Below, one piece after another: positions 1 through 10,200 of a stretch of DNA of 64,000 nt. The notes under the pieces are model-generated. The model was not told the origin of the DNA. It saw only the letters and a program-made list of their open reading frames with translations, and did not search any database. Location: positions 473-64,472 of the forward strand of contig QFBQ01000004.1 of NCBI GenBank assembly GCA_003265885.1. The letters run 5' to 3'. Position numbers and translations under genes: made by a program. Numbering within the stretch: position 1 is the stretch's first letter; every line of letters starts with the position of its first letter. Source of the DNA: Candidatus Marinamargulisbacteria bacterium SCGC AG-343-D04 (GTDB taxonomy: Bacteria; Margulisbacteria; Marinamargulisbacteria; GCA-2716485; GCA-002719695).

Positions 1-1
1 T

Positions 2-2977
2 AACACTCACACAAAAAAAATTGAAAACACTGTTTCCAATCATGACCTATGGCCCATCCCTTTTTATGAAATAAAACTTTTAAATTCTGCCTATAATAAA
101 AACTCGAAAAAGAAAAATCTTGCCTATTATATCTCAAATAGAAAAAAGTTTATTCTCACAAACTTTAAACAGTTAAAACAAGACCAAGAAAAGTTCCAAT
201 ACTCATGTAATGATGGCTTGTTTCTAAAGTTAGAAAATAAAAGCAGCCTATCATATGGAATTATTTTCATCCATTCGTGGAAAAATAAAAATAAACTATC
301 CTCCCATATTGATGACATTAATAAATATAAAGATATTTCATTAAACTACATTTCAAAAGCCATTAACATTCTAGAAAACTATACATTACACAGCAAAATC
401 AATAACTTAATTACAAATCAAAACAAATTAAAAGTAAAGCTACATAAAGACGAAATAAACTTAAAAAAAAGAGTCCTAGAGCTAACAAGTCTTTACGAAA
501 CATCAAATGAACTCAGCCAATCTCTCAATCATAACGAAATTATAAAAAAAGTTCTACACTCCCTTAACAAAGTCTTAAATTTAAATTTTTGCAGCATTTT
601 TTCATACAATTTATATAAGACAAATGACATATATATATCAAGCCCAAAAAAAGCGCCTAAAAGTATTCAAAACAAAATAGTTAATCAAACCTTAGAAATC
701 ATGGAATCCTTTATCTTTTCAAAAATAAGTAAAAATGAAGTCAAAAAATCCATAATTCACATTGATAACTATCACATTCCAATTACAGCTAAAGAAATTA
801 ACATACATACAAATATTCCTCTCATATTTAGGGGAGAACTTCTAGGTGTTATTTGTATTTTTTCTGCAGAGCATCAACAACTTAACGATAATCAAAATTT
901 CATTAACACCATTTCAAATCAATTAGCCTCCAGCTTAGGTAAAATAAAAATAATAAAAAATCTTGAAAAATCAAAAATCATTTCGCTTTTAGAAAACATA
1001 TCAGACCCCATCATTTTCATTGACGAACATACAAATCATCATATTATCAATACTGAAGCAGAAAAATCACTTCATTTAAATAATATTAATGAAAAAAAAT
1101 TAAACAAAGAGCTGCCCATAATTTTATATAATCTAGGACTATATAATTTATACCAGACTGTATCAAAAACAAAAAAAGCCGTAACCAATCTAAACATACA
1201 GTTTAATAATCATTTCTTTTCAGTAAACATTTCTCCACTTATAAACGAAACATCTCAGTTTTTAGGAACATTAATTACATTCAAAGACATTACAAAAATA
1301 AAAAAAATGGAACGAATAAAAACGCAACGACTCAATGCCATCTCCAAAATAAATCTTTTTATAAAATCAATCAAAAATACAAACCATCTCTTAGAAGTAC
1401 TCATTGATTATTTCTTAAGCATTTCAAATTGTAACATGGGATCCATTCAACTATTTAAAGACAAAAGTTTCATCACCTTCGCACACTCAAATTTTCCAGA
1501 AAAAGTACGTCAAACATATAGATTTAAAAATGGCATTTCAATATCAGAAAAAACACAAAAAACAAAAAAAATGCTCATTATTGATAATTACTTTAACAAC
1601 AAAAACATAAATCCAAATGTAAAAATATTAATTGAAACTTACATCTGCATCCCCTTACTTTACAACGACAATCTCATCGGAATAATTAACTTAGTTAAAA
1701 AATTTGGAGCTAATTCAATAGAGATAACAAAAGAAGACAAAGAAACCTTAACCACCGTAACTGCACTGGCATCAACGATAGTTCAAAACGCAATATTCTA
1801 CAAAGAGAATCTTGAAAAAGAAAAACTTGACCAAGAACTAAAAGTTGCAAAAGAAATACAAAACAGCCTTCTTCCAAAAAAAATACCCGAAAAAGAAAAA
1901 CTCATGATCAGCCTTTTAAACAGTCCCGCTAGAAAAATTGGCGGAGATTTTTATGATTTTATAGAAATGAAAAACAATAAACTAGGCATTATTATAGCAG
2001 ATATTGTCGGAAAAGGGGTTCCTGCTGGCTTATATATGGCTACACTAAAAAGCATCCTAACAAGAAACAACCACCATAACACCTCCCCTAAAAAAACACT
2101 TTATAAACTAAACAACATCATTTATCACGATCCCGTAATCAACAAGTTCATCCCCTTATTTTATGGAATTTTTGATTTAGATAAACACTCATTTACTTAC
2201 TCCAATGCAGGCCACGAAGGTGGGTTCATTTTTAGAAAAAATAAATTTATTTCTCTAGATACTAAAGGATTCCCTCTAGGAGGCTATAAAAATGAAAACT
2301 ATGAAGAAAAAACAATAAAAATAAACAATGATGACCTACTAACTTTTTTCACCGATGGCCTAATTGAAATTCGAAATGAAAAAAACAAGCTATTCGGAAT
2401 TCAAGGATTACAATCCTTTATAAAAAAACATCATAAATTTCCTACAAACATTATCATAAAAAAATTAAACAACGTCATAACATCATTCACTTCAAACAGC
2501 TCACATATAGATGATATCACTGCCATCATATGCAAATTTAACAAAAAATTTGAAAAAAACCACGAAATAATCTTTAGAGACGAATTCAGCACAAAAAGCA
2601 CCTTCAAAAACATCAAGGAAACCAGAAAAAAAATAACAGATTTATGTAAAAAAACAAATTTAGACCACAAAGCGATTTTAGACATACAGCTAGCTATTAG
2701 CGAAGCTCAAGTAAATATCATTGAACATGCATATCTAGGAAATGAAACAAAAAAAATAACATTTATTTTCACAGAATATAATGACAAAATAAAAATAACC
2801 ATCAAAGACCAAGGATTAAAAATGAACAAACACTATATAAGTAAAAAAAACACAAATATTAATGAAATAGAAGGGTCTGGCCTAGGTTTGTATCTCATCA
2901 ACACCTTAATGGATGAAATAGAACATAAAACAACAAAAGAAGAAACCTTACTTATTTTAACAAAATATAAAACATAA
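2..2977 (+). CDS. GAF/PAS/GAF sensor + PP2C (SpoIIE/RsbU) phosphatase + RsbW-type anti-sigma kinase fusion; 5'-truncated by the window edge
   Basis: I read the frame open from position 2 through the track start at 218. PP2C motifs GGDFYD, IADIVGKGVPA, NAGH, FTDGL, DDIT; C-terminal HATPase_c motifs SEAQVNIIEHAY, IKDQG, GSGLGLYL. Confidence 0.9.
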   Translation, partial: NTHTKKIENTVSNHDLWPIPFYEIKLLNSAYNKNSKKKNLAYYISNRKKFILTNFKQLKQDQEKFQYSCNDGLFLKLENKSSLSYGIIFIHSWKNKNKLSSHIDDINKYKDISLNYISKAINILENYTLHSKINNLITNQNKLKVKLHKDEINLKKRVLELTSLYETSNELSQSLNHNEIIKKVLHSLNKVLNLNFCSIFSYNLYKTNDIYISSPKKAPKSIQNKIVNQTLEIMESFIFSKISKNEVKKSIIHIDNYHIPITAKEINIHTNIPLIFRGELLGVICIFSAEHQQLNDNQNFINTISNQLASSLGKIKIIKNLEKSKIISLLENISDPIIFIDEHTNHHIINTEAEKSLHLNNINEKKLNKELPIILYNLGLYNLYQTVSKTKKAVTNLNIQFNNHFFSVNISPLINETSQFLGTLITFKDITKIKKMERIKTQRLNAISKINLFIKSIKNTNHLLEVLIDYFLSISNCNMGSIQLFKDKSFITFAHSNFPEKVRQTYRFKNGISISEKTQKTKKMLIIDNYFNNKNINPNVKILIETYICIPLLYNDNLIGIINLVKKFGANSIEITKEDKETLTTVTALASTIVQNAIFYKENLEKEKLDQELKVAKEIQNSLLPKKIPEKEKLMISLLNSPARKIGGDFYDFIEMKNNKLGIIIADIVGKGVPAGLYMATLKSILTRNNHHNTSPKKTLYKLNNIIYHDPVINKFIPLFYGIFDLDKHSFTYSNAGHEGGFIFRKNKFISLDTKGFPLGGYKNENYEEKTIKINNDDLLTFFTDGLIEIRNEKNKLFGIQGLQSFIKKHHKFPTNIIIKKLNNVITSFTSNSSHIDDITAIICKFNKKFEKNHEIIFRDEFSTKSTFKNIKETRKKITDLCKKTNLDHKAILDIQLAISEAQVNIIEHAYLGNETKKITFIFTEYNDKIKITIKDQGLKMNKHYISKKNTNINEIEGSGLGLYLINTLMDEIEHKTTKEETLLILTKYKT

Positions 2978-2994
2978 ATTTTGGAGGAAACGAT

Positions 2995-3375
2995 ATGGAA
3001 ATTGAAAAGAAAAAAATAAAAAACACAGAAGTTGTTCGTATTAATTTTGGGAAAGAAATCTCCCCAGAATCAAAAGAGCTTACAGGAACTATTGAGCTTG
3101 ATATAGAAAATCAGTTAGAGTTCGTTGACTATATAAACACTCTGTTAGACGAGAACTCTTATTCCATAATAATAGATATGGGAAATATAAGTTATATCGA
3201 TTCATCAGGACTATGGGCCTTATTTGAAAGTCACAAAAAAGCAGAACAAAGAAGTGGAAAACTAATTCTTATTAATCCAAAAAATGATGTCAAAAGAGTG
3301 CTAGATATCACAAAAATGTCAACCAAAATTACAATTCTGGAAAATGAAGAGCAAGCAATCCAACACTTTAAATAG
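2995..3375 (+). CDS. STAS-domain anti-sigma factor antagonist (RsbV/SpoIIAA-like)
   Basis: IDMGNISYIDSSGL phospho-Ser motif; VKRVLDIT; GGAGG RBS upstream. Confidence 0.92.
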   Translation: MEIEKKKIKNTEVVRINFGKEISPESKELTGTIELDIENQLEFVDYINTLLDENSYSIIIDMGNISYIDSSGLWALFESHKKAEQRSGKLILINPKNDVKRVLDITKMSTKITILENEEQAIQHFK

Positions 3376-3377
3376 TC

Positions 3378-5078
3378 ATGATTCTTTCATTAAAACAATT
3401 ACTCATAGAAAACTCGTTCATTAAAAAGGAAGATTTTAAATTAATTTCCAATACAAAAAAGAACAAAGAAATTTTCCAGCAGCTCCTAGAGAATGACCAA
3501 TATCATGATGAGGATATTTTAAAAGCCATTGCAAGTAATTTAAAAATTCCATTCGATGAAGTAAATGAAGCAACATTTGATCCAAAAGTTATTTCATTAA
3601 TCCCTGAAAATTATGCTAGAGAAAATATCATCGTCCCTCTTTTTAAACTCGGAGAAACTCTTTTTGTAGCCTTTGACAATCCATGCAGTCTAAATGTTAT
3701 CGAAGAGTTAGAAATCATTACTAAACAAGTCGTCTCTCCCGTCTTATCTCCAAAATCTTCCATAAATATACTAATAAATTATGGCTATTCCTACCAAGAA
3801 CAAAAAATTGAAGGAGATAGTTCCACCATGTCTAGCTTATTTGAAATGGGATTACAGTTAGTTGGAGATGAAGGCGGAGAAGAAGAAACAACTGACCTAG
3901 CTCATGAAGCTCCCATTGCAAAACTTGTAGACACCATCATAACCCAAGCCATCAATGAAAAAGCCTCTGATATCCACATAGAACCTGAAGAAAACACCGT
4001 AAAAATAAGATTCCGTGTAGATGGACTCCTAAAAGACATCATGGAGCCCCCAAAAAAGTTAGCATCCCCTGTGATCTCCCGACTAAAAATCTTATCAGAA
4101 TTAGACATTACCGAAACAAGAAAACCTCAAGATGGACGTTTAACATTTTCCTTAAAAGATAGAGATGTAGATTTTAGAGTATCAACAGTCAGAACCATCA
4201 CTGGAGAAAAAATGGTTCTTCGGATTCTAGATAAATCAGATGCCTTTGTTCAAATGGATAAACTAGGATTTAGAGAAAGTGAATTCAACAAACTCGACTC
4301 ACTGATATATTCTACATCCGGAATCGTTGTCGTATGTGGCCCCACCGGCTCTGGGAAAACATCGACACTATATGCAGCTCTGTCAAAAATAAACACCCCA
4401 GAAAAAAATATTATTACCATTGAAGATCCTGTTGAATTTAACCTAGATGGAATTAATCAAATTCCAGTTAATCCAAAAATAGGCGTTGACTTTGTCACTG
4501 GATTATCTGCAATTGTAAGACAAGACCCTGATGTAATTATGATTGGAGAAATTCGAGACATTGAAACAGCTAGTATTGCAATCCAAGCCGCATTAACAGG
4601 TCATCTTGTATTTTCAACACTTCATACCAGAAGTGCCGCCGGTAGTGTCACCCGATTAATCAATATGGGGGTACAACCCTTTTTAATTAACAGTTCTTTT
4701 CTTGGAGTTGTAGGACAGCGTCTAGTCAGAAATATTTGTCCAAACTGTAAAAAAGAAGTCAAATACGAAGAGTATCAAGGGATAAAAGCCAAGACACTCC
4801 TTAAGAAATTAACAGAAGAATACAATGCTCCTAAAATTTTCAAAGGAGCCGGATGCAAATACTGCAATGACCTAGGATATAAAGGCCGAATTGGCATATT
4901 TGAAATATTAACTCTCGATGAAGATACACGATCCTTAATTATTGAAAAAGCAAGTTCAGAGAAAATAGTCAACGCTGCTATAAAAAATGGAATGACCTTA
5001 ATGGTTGATGATGGCATTGAAAAACTAATGGAAGGGTTAACCACAGTAGAAGAACTCATTAGAGTTATCGATGTTTAG
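3378..5078 (+). CDS. Type IV pilus / T2SS assembly ATPase (PilB/GspE family)
   Basis: Walker A GPTGSGKT, TIEDPVE, RQDPDVIMIGEIRD, STLHT, CPNC...CKYC zinc site, T2SSE_N-like N-terminus. Confidence 0.95.
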   Translation: MILSLKQLLIENSFIKKEDFKLISNTKKNKEIFQQLLENDQYHDEDILKAIASNLKIPFDEVNEATFDPKVISLIPENYARENIIVPLFKLGETLFVAFDNPCSLNVIEELEIITKQVVSPVLSPKSSINILINYGYSYQEQKIEGDSSTMSSLFEMGLQLVGDEGGEEETTDLAHEAPIAKLVDTIITQAINEKASDIHIEPEENTVKIRFRVDGLLKDIMEPPKKLASPVISRLKILSELDITETRKPQDGRLTFSLKDRDVDFRVSTVRTITGEKMVLRILDKSDAFVQMDKLGFRESEFNKLDSLIYSTSGIVVVCGPTGSGKTSTLYAALSKINTPEKNIITIEDPVEFNLDGINQIPVNPKIGVDFVTGLSAIVRQDPDVIMIGEIRDIETASIAIQAALTGHLVFSTLHTRSAAGSVTRLINMGVQPFLINSSFLGVVGQRLVRNICPNCKKEVKYEEYQGIKAKTLLKKLTEEYNAPKIFKGAGCKYCNDLGYKGRIGIFEILTLDEDTRSLIIEKASSEKIVNAAIKNGMTLMVDDGIEKLMEGLTTVEELIRVIDV

Positions 5079-5137
5079 ATTTCACTCTTGTTTGGAACTA
5101 TAAAAAAAGTATTCTCTTCAATAAAGGAGTTACATAG

Positions 5138-6340
5138 TTGAAAACATTTATCTATGTATATAAAACCGCTGACAATAAAATTGTCAAAAAAAAGCTTAAA
5201 GCCAGCAATTTAGAAAGTGCTAATAATTTTCTAAAGAAAAAAAATATAACCCCCATTTCTATAAAACAAGAACGGCTAAAGTTAATTGAACAACTCACTA
5301 AGCCTACGACTGTTGAAAATGACGATATTGTCGCATTTTCTCAATTATTCGCAGGTTGTATTCAATCCGGACTAAACATAAAAGAATCATTAGATCTTTT
5401 ATCCAAACAATTAAAAAACGCACTCTTAACAGAAAAGTTATCTGAAATTATCATCGATATTGAAGGGGGGGCTGCCATATCGGACTCCTTCAGTAAACAT
5501 ACTGACATTTTTCCAAAGTTTTACCCCATGCTACTCAAAGCAGGTGAAGCCTCTGGAAATCTAGCTGAAGTATTAGAATATATTGCAAATTATTTAGACA
5601 AAACAAACAATCTAAAAAAACAAATTAAAAGCGTTTTAACCTATCCTGCTATAGTATCTGTCATCGGACTTGGGTTACTTGTTGTCATACTTATTTTCGT
5701 TGCCCCCACATTTAAAGATGTATTCAAGTCATCCGGAAAAGACTTGCCTGGCCCTACTAAACTACTATTTTACATGTCAGATCTTGTCATAAATAATTAT
5801 AATCTAATACTATTAATTATTTTATCTGTTCTATTAACCTTTTATTTAATTCACAAAAATCCAAAAGGAAAACGAGCTCTAGATACACTATCTCTATATC
5901 TACCTATTTCTGGGGATATAACTAAACAAATACTTTTACTTCGATTCCTAGGTGCCTTTGATATACTCATTAATAACAACGTCCCCATAACACAAGCACT
6001 AGCCGTTATCGAAGAAGCAACTTCAAATATGCGACTAAAAGAAATTATTACTGAAATGAGAAAAGATGTTGCAAGAGGACTCCCGATATCAGGCGCATTA
6101 ATAAATAATCCTAAGATAGTATCCCCTATGGTTTCATATACTATTTCTATGGGAGAAAAAGCCGGAAATCTTGGTGTTTCATTAAATAGAATTAGTAGTT
6201 TTATAGATAAAGAACTCACATACTCAATGAAAAAGCTTACTTCAAAATTAGACCCTATCATTACATTTTTTTTGGGCATGATTGTATTATTTATAGCAAT
6301 GGCTATATACCTCCCTATATTTGATCTCATGCTTCAATAA
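5138..6340 (+). CDS. Type IV pilus / T2SS inner-membrane platform protein (PilC/GspF family)
   Basis: Duplicated T2SSF repeats (AGEASGNL, MGEKAGNL), LTYP, YLPIFDL C-terminus; TTG start with AGGAG RBS. Confidence 0.93.
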   Translation: MKTFIYVYKTADNKIVKKKLKASNLESANNFLKKKNITPISIKQERLKLIEQLTKPTTVENDDIVAFSQLFAGCIQSGLNIKESLDLLSKQLKNALLTEKLSEIIIDIEGGAAISDSFSKHTDIFPKFYPMLLKAGEASGNLAEVLEYIANYLDKTNNLKKQIKSVLTYPAIVSVIGLGLLVVILIFVAPTFKDVFKSSGKDLPGPTKLLFYMSDLVINNYNLILLIILSVLLTFYLIHKNPKGKRALDTLSLYLPISGDITKQILLLRFLGAFDILINNNVPITQALAVIEEATSNMRLKEIITEMRKDVARGLPISGALINNPKIVSPMVSYTISMGEKAGNLGVSLNRISSFIDKELTYSMKKLTSKLDPIITFFLGMIVLFIAMAIYLPIFDLMLQ

Positions 6341-6458
6341 GAAGATAATAAAACAAACTCGATTGACGAACCTGAAATTTTAAACAATACTTAATCATAA
6401 ATAGGTATTGTTTTTCAACAATAGTGATTGAAAACAATCCTCAAAAAAAGAGGTACAT

Positions 6459-7940
6459 ATGGAAACAACAACTCAAGAAACAGACCATATTTCAGAAGAA
6501 GACATTCGTTTGAAAAAATTAGAAGAACTAAAAAAGAAACATGAAAATGTCTTTGAATACAGTTATAATCCTACACATAAAACAGATGCCTTACATAAAC
6601 ATTACAACTCTTTAACAGAAGGAGAAAAACATACAGATAAAATCATACTAGCTGGACGAATAACTGCAAAGAGAGACCATGGAAAAGCCTTCTTCGGCAA
6701 CATCCAAGACGATAATGGCACTGTTCAATTCTATGCCAACGTAAAAGAAGTTGGAGAAGAAAAATTTAACGAACTACTCTCCCTAGATACAGGCGATATT
6801 ATTGGCATAGAAGGAACACCCTTTAAAACCAGAAGAGGCGAATTAACAGTAAATACAAACACCTTTACTCTACTCACCAAATCTCTATTACCTCTTCCAG
6901 AAAAACACCATGGACTACAAAACATTGAACTTCGATATAGACACAGATATTTAGATCTTATTGCAAATCCAGATGTAAAAAGCATCTTTAAAACCCGCTC
7001 AAAAGCCATTTCAATGATTCGACATGAATTAGAAAAGTTAGACTTCATAGAAGTAGAAACCCCCGTTTTACAAAATATTTATGGTGGAGCAATGGCAAAA
7101 CCATTCGACACCTTCCATAATGAGTTAGAACAAAATCTATATTTAAGAATATCACTCGAATTATACTTAAAACGCCTCATAGTGGGAGGGTTTGAAAAGA
7201 TTTTTGAAATCGGAAGAGTATTTAGAAATGAAGGGATTTCATATAAACACAATCCTGAATATACACTTCTAGAACTATACCAAGCCTACGCAGATTACGA
7301 AGACATGATGACCTTAACTGAAAACTTAATCAGAAACTTAGTGACAGCCATTCACGGAAAAACAAAAATAACCTATAAAGATCACGAAATAGACTTTTCA
7401 AAACCTTTTAAACGAATCAAATTAACAGATTCCATTGAAGAAACCTGTAACATAGATTGTAATGACGAAAAAGCTCTCCAACAAAAAATAAAAGAACTAA
7501 AACTAAAGGTCCCCGAAAACGCCTCAAAAGGCCACATGATTATGGAACTATACGACGAACTCATTGAACCCACTCTCATACAACCTACATTCATAATAGA
7601 CCACCCTTGGGAAACATCTCCTCTTGCCAAAAAACATCGGAAAAATAAAAACAATGTTGAACGTTTTGAATTAATTATCAGCGGCATGGAAATAGCAAAT
7701 GCATTTTCAGAACTTAATGACCCTATTGACCAATACGAACGCTTCATAGATCAACTAAAAGCAAAAGAAAAAGGTTTGGAAGACGCTCAATTAATGGACG
7801 AAGATTTTATAAAATCCTTAAAACACGGCATGCCTCCAACAGGTGGATTAGGAATAGGAATCGACAGAGTTATTATGTTATTAACAAACTCTAGTTCCAT
7901 ACGAGAAGTCATTTTTTTCCCTCATATGAGAGATAAATAA
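6459..7940 (+). CDS. lysS: Lysine--tRNA ligase (class II)
   Basis: AGRI..KR.HGK, RYRHRYLDL, YLRISLELYLKRL, FRNEG, HNPEY, GMPPTGGLGIGIDR. Confidence 0.98.
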   Translation: METTTQETDHISEEDIRLKKLEELKKKHENVFEYSYNPTHKTDALHKHYNSLTEGEKHTDKIILAGRITAKRDHGKAFFGNIQDDNGTVQFYANVKEVGEEKFNELLSLDTGDIIGIEGTPFKTRRGELTVNTNTFTLLTKSLLPLPEKHHGLQNIELRYRHRYLDLIANPDVKSIFKTRSKAISMIRHELEKLDFIEVETPVLQNIYGGAMAKPFDTFHNELEQNLYLRISLELYLKRLIVGGFEKIFEIGRVFRNEGISYKHNPEYTLLELYQAYADYEDMMTLTENLIRNLVTAIHGKTKITYKDHEIDFSKPFKRIKLTDSIEETCNIDCNDEKALQQKIKELKLKVPENASKGHMIMELYDELIEPTLIQPTFIIDHPWETSPLAKKHRKNKNNVERFELIISGMEIANAFSELNDPIDQYERFIDQLKAKEKGLEDAQLMDEDFIKSLKHGMPPTGGLGIGIDRVIMLLTNSSSIREVIFFPHMRDK

Positions 7941-7971
7941 AAAAAGTATGTTGTTCACATAAAGTCTTCGT

Positions 7972-7986
7972 TATAATAGATATATG
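7972..7986 (+). promoter_or_regulatory. Putative -10 box 6 nt before the secD ATG (leaderless transcript)
   Basis: TATAAT-agatat-ATG; no SD. Confidence 0.55.
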
Positions 7987-9294
7987 TCCAAATTAAAATT
8001 TATACTTCTAACACTTCTTATCGCCTTAAGCTGTTATGTCATTTATACAAAACCCATAAAACTAGGGTTAGACTTGCAAGGCGGAATGCTCTTAATCCTT
8101 GAAGCTGAACCTACCAAGAAACAACCCCTGACTCACGAAGCCTTATTAGGCAGCATTGAAGTAATCCGAAACAGAATAGATTCACTCGGTTTAACAGAGC
8201 CCAGCATAAGAAAGTTAGGAGAAAATCAAATTTTAGTAGAACTGCCCGGTGTAAACAATCCAAAGCAAGCAAAAGAACTCATAGGAGATACGGCTCTTCT
8301 AGAATTCTATATTTCTGAATGGGCTCCAAATGGCATCGAAAATCTTCCCCCGGATAAACAAAAAATATTAATGGGAAACAAAGGAAAATTAAGCCATTTA
8401 ATAGAAAAAGATAAAAACGGAAATATAATCAATAAAAAGCCTATCATACTACACAGCGTTGCTTTAACAGGAGCAGATTTACTAAATGCAAATCCTGGAA
8501 CTGATGAATTTGGAAACCCAGTTGTAAGCTTAGAGTTTAATCCTGAAGGTGCCAAAAAGTTTTATAATACGACACTCAACAATCGAAACAAACCTCTGGC
8601 CATTGCCTTAGACAAAACCATTATTTCTGCCCCTAATATAAACGAAGCTATCTCAGGAGGAAAAGCACAGATTTCTGGAAATTTCTCTTACACTGAAGTT
8701 AAAGATTTAGTGATTAAACTTAAAGCAGGTGCATTGCCATTGCCCGTCACTATTGTGCTCGAAAAGCAAATTGGGCCTACTCTAGGTAAAGACTCCATAG
8801 ACAAAAGTAAAACAGCCTTCTTAATAGGCTTTATAATCGTCGCCTTCTTTATGATCTTCATATATAAAACACCTGGAATCATTTCCTGTATTAGTCTTAT
8901 TACCTATATTATCATCTCTTTTTCACTCTTTAAATTTTTAAACGCAACCTTAACACTTCCAGGTATTGCCGGCTTTATCCTGACAATGGGAATGGCTGTA
9001 GATGCCAATGTCATTATTTTTGAACGCATACAAGAAGAAATAAACACCGAAAAAGGGCTCAAAAAAGCCATCATTAATGGCTTTAACAAAGCCTACTACA
9101 CCATATTAGATGCCAATATTACAACACTCATTGCCGCTATAGTCCTCTTTTGGTTAGGAACAGGCAGTATTAAAGGATTCGCTATTACACTTTCAATAGG
9201 TATTTTAGTCAGTATGTTTTCAGCCATTACCATAACACAATCTATATTAATAAGCTTTCCTCAAATAAAGCTGTTTAAAAAAAAGGATATATAA
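7984..9294 (+). CDS. secD: Protein translocase subunit SecD (short form)
   Basis: LGLDLQGG, RNRIDSLGLTEP, LKAGALP, LTLPGIAG, GMAVDANVIIFERI. Confidence 0.97.
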   Translation: MSKLKFILLTLLIALSCYVIYTKPIKLGLDLQGGMLLILEAEPTKKQPLTHEALLGSIEVIRNRIDSLGLTEPSIRKLGENQILVELPGVNNPKQAKELIGDTALLEFYISEWAPNGIENLPPDKQKILMGNKGKLSHLIEKDKNGNIINKKPIILHSVALTGADLLNANPGTDEFGNPVVSLEFNPEGAKKFYNTTLNNRNKPLAIALDKTIISAPNINEAISGGKAQISGNFSYTEVKDLVIKLKAGALPLPVTIVLEKQIGPTLGKDSIDKSKTAFLIGFIIVAFFMIFIYKTPGIISCISLITYIIISFSLFKFLNATLTLPGIAGFILTMGMAVDANVIIFERIQEEINTEKGLKKAIINGFNKAYYTILDANITTLIAAIVLFWLGTGSIKGFAITLSIGILVSMFSAITITQSILISFPQIKLFKKKDI

Positions 9295-10191
9295 ATGAAA
9301 TATACATTTAAATTTACAGAAAAATTTAATTTTTGGGCATTCATAAGTATTACTCTAATAGCCATAGGGTTTTCCTTAATGGGCTTACGCGCATTTGAAT
9401 CAAAGCCCTACTTAAACTTCGGAATAGACTTTATGGGTGGAAACACCTTCCATTTACAACTTCAAGAATCGTCTAACGAAAACACCTTAAAAATGATTAG
9501 AGAATCACTAAAATCATTTAATCTAGAAAATAGCCAAATACAATTATCAGGAGAATACGAAGTCTTTATCAAAACATTGGAACTAAAAGAAAATAAAACG
9601 GAACAAATCATGTCTCATTTAAAAGAAACTATTGGGAACTTCGAAATCTTAGAGATTCAACAAATTGGGGGAAATATCGGAAACTCATTAAAAAGACAAT
9701 CTATTTACATCATCATTTTTATCACTCTTTCTCTTTTAATATATGTAACCTTTCGCTTTCAATTTAACTTTGCATTATCCGCACTCATCGCATTGATTCA
9801 TGACGGACTCATCATTTTAAGCGTCGCATCCATTTTAATGCTAGAAATTAACACCGCATTCATCGCAGCCTTATTAACTATTTTAGGCTACTCTATAAAC
9901 GATACTATCGTCATATTTGACAGAATTAGAGAAAATATCGAGAAATCAAAAGCAACTCAATCATTAAAAGAAATAACAAATACAGCTTTAAATCAAACTC
10001 TCACTCGAACAATTAACACATCCATCACGACCTTAATCGTCATTTCCTCTTTAATCCTATTTGGAGGATCTACAATCAAAGAGTTTTGTATCATCTTATT
10101 TATAGGAGTTGTGAGTGGAACATACTCATCACTATGCATTGCAAGCTCTACAGTTGTTAAATTTGAACGATTTAATAAAATAAATATTTAG
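9295..10191 (+). CDS. secF: Protein translocase subunit SecF
   Basis: GIDFMGG, GYSINDTIVIFDRIREN, RTINTSITT. Confidence 0.97.
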   Translation: MKYTFKFTEKFNFWAFISITLIAIGFSLMGLRAFESKPYLNFGIDFMGGNTFHLQLQESSNENTLKMIRESLKSFNLENSQIQLSGEYEVFIKTLELKENKTEQIMSHLKETIGNFEILEIQQIGGNIGNSLKRQSIYIIIFITLSLLIYVTFRFQFNFALSALIALIHDGLIILSVASILMLEINTAFIAALLTILGYSINDTIVIFDRIRENIEKSKATQSLKEITNTALNQTLTRTINTSITTLIVISSLILFGGSTIKEFCIILFIGVVSGTYSSLCIASSTVVKFERFNKINI

Positions 10192-10200
10192 AAAAAAATA

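Noticed and set aside
3378-6340. Complete T2SS or type IV pilus locus
   Set aside because: No pilin, secretin or prepilin peptidase is in the window; only the ATPase and platform are supported.
6363-6391. Sigma70 promoter for lysS (TTGACG-17-AATACT)
   Set aside because: The -10 lacks the first conserved T; too weak to call.
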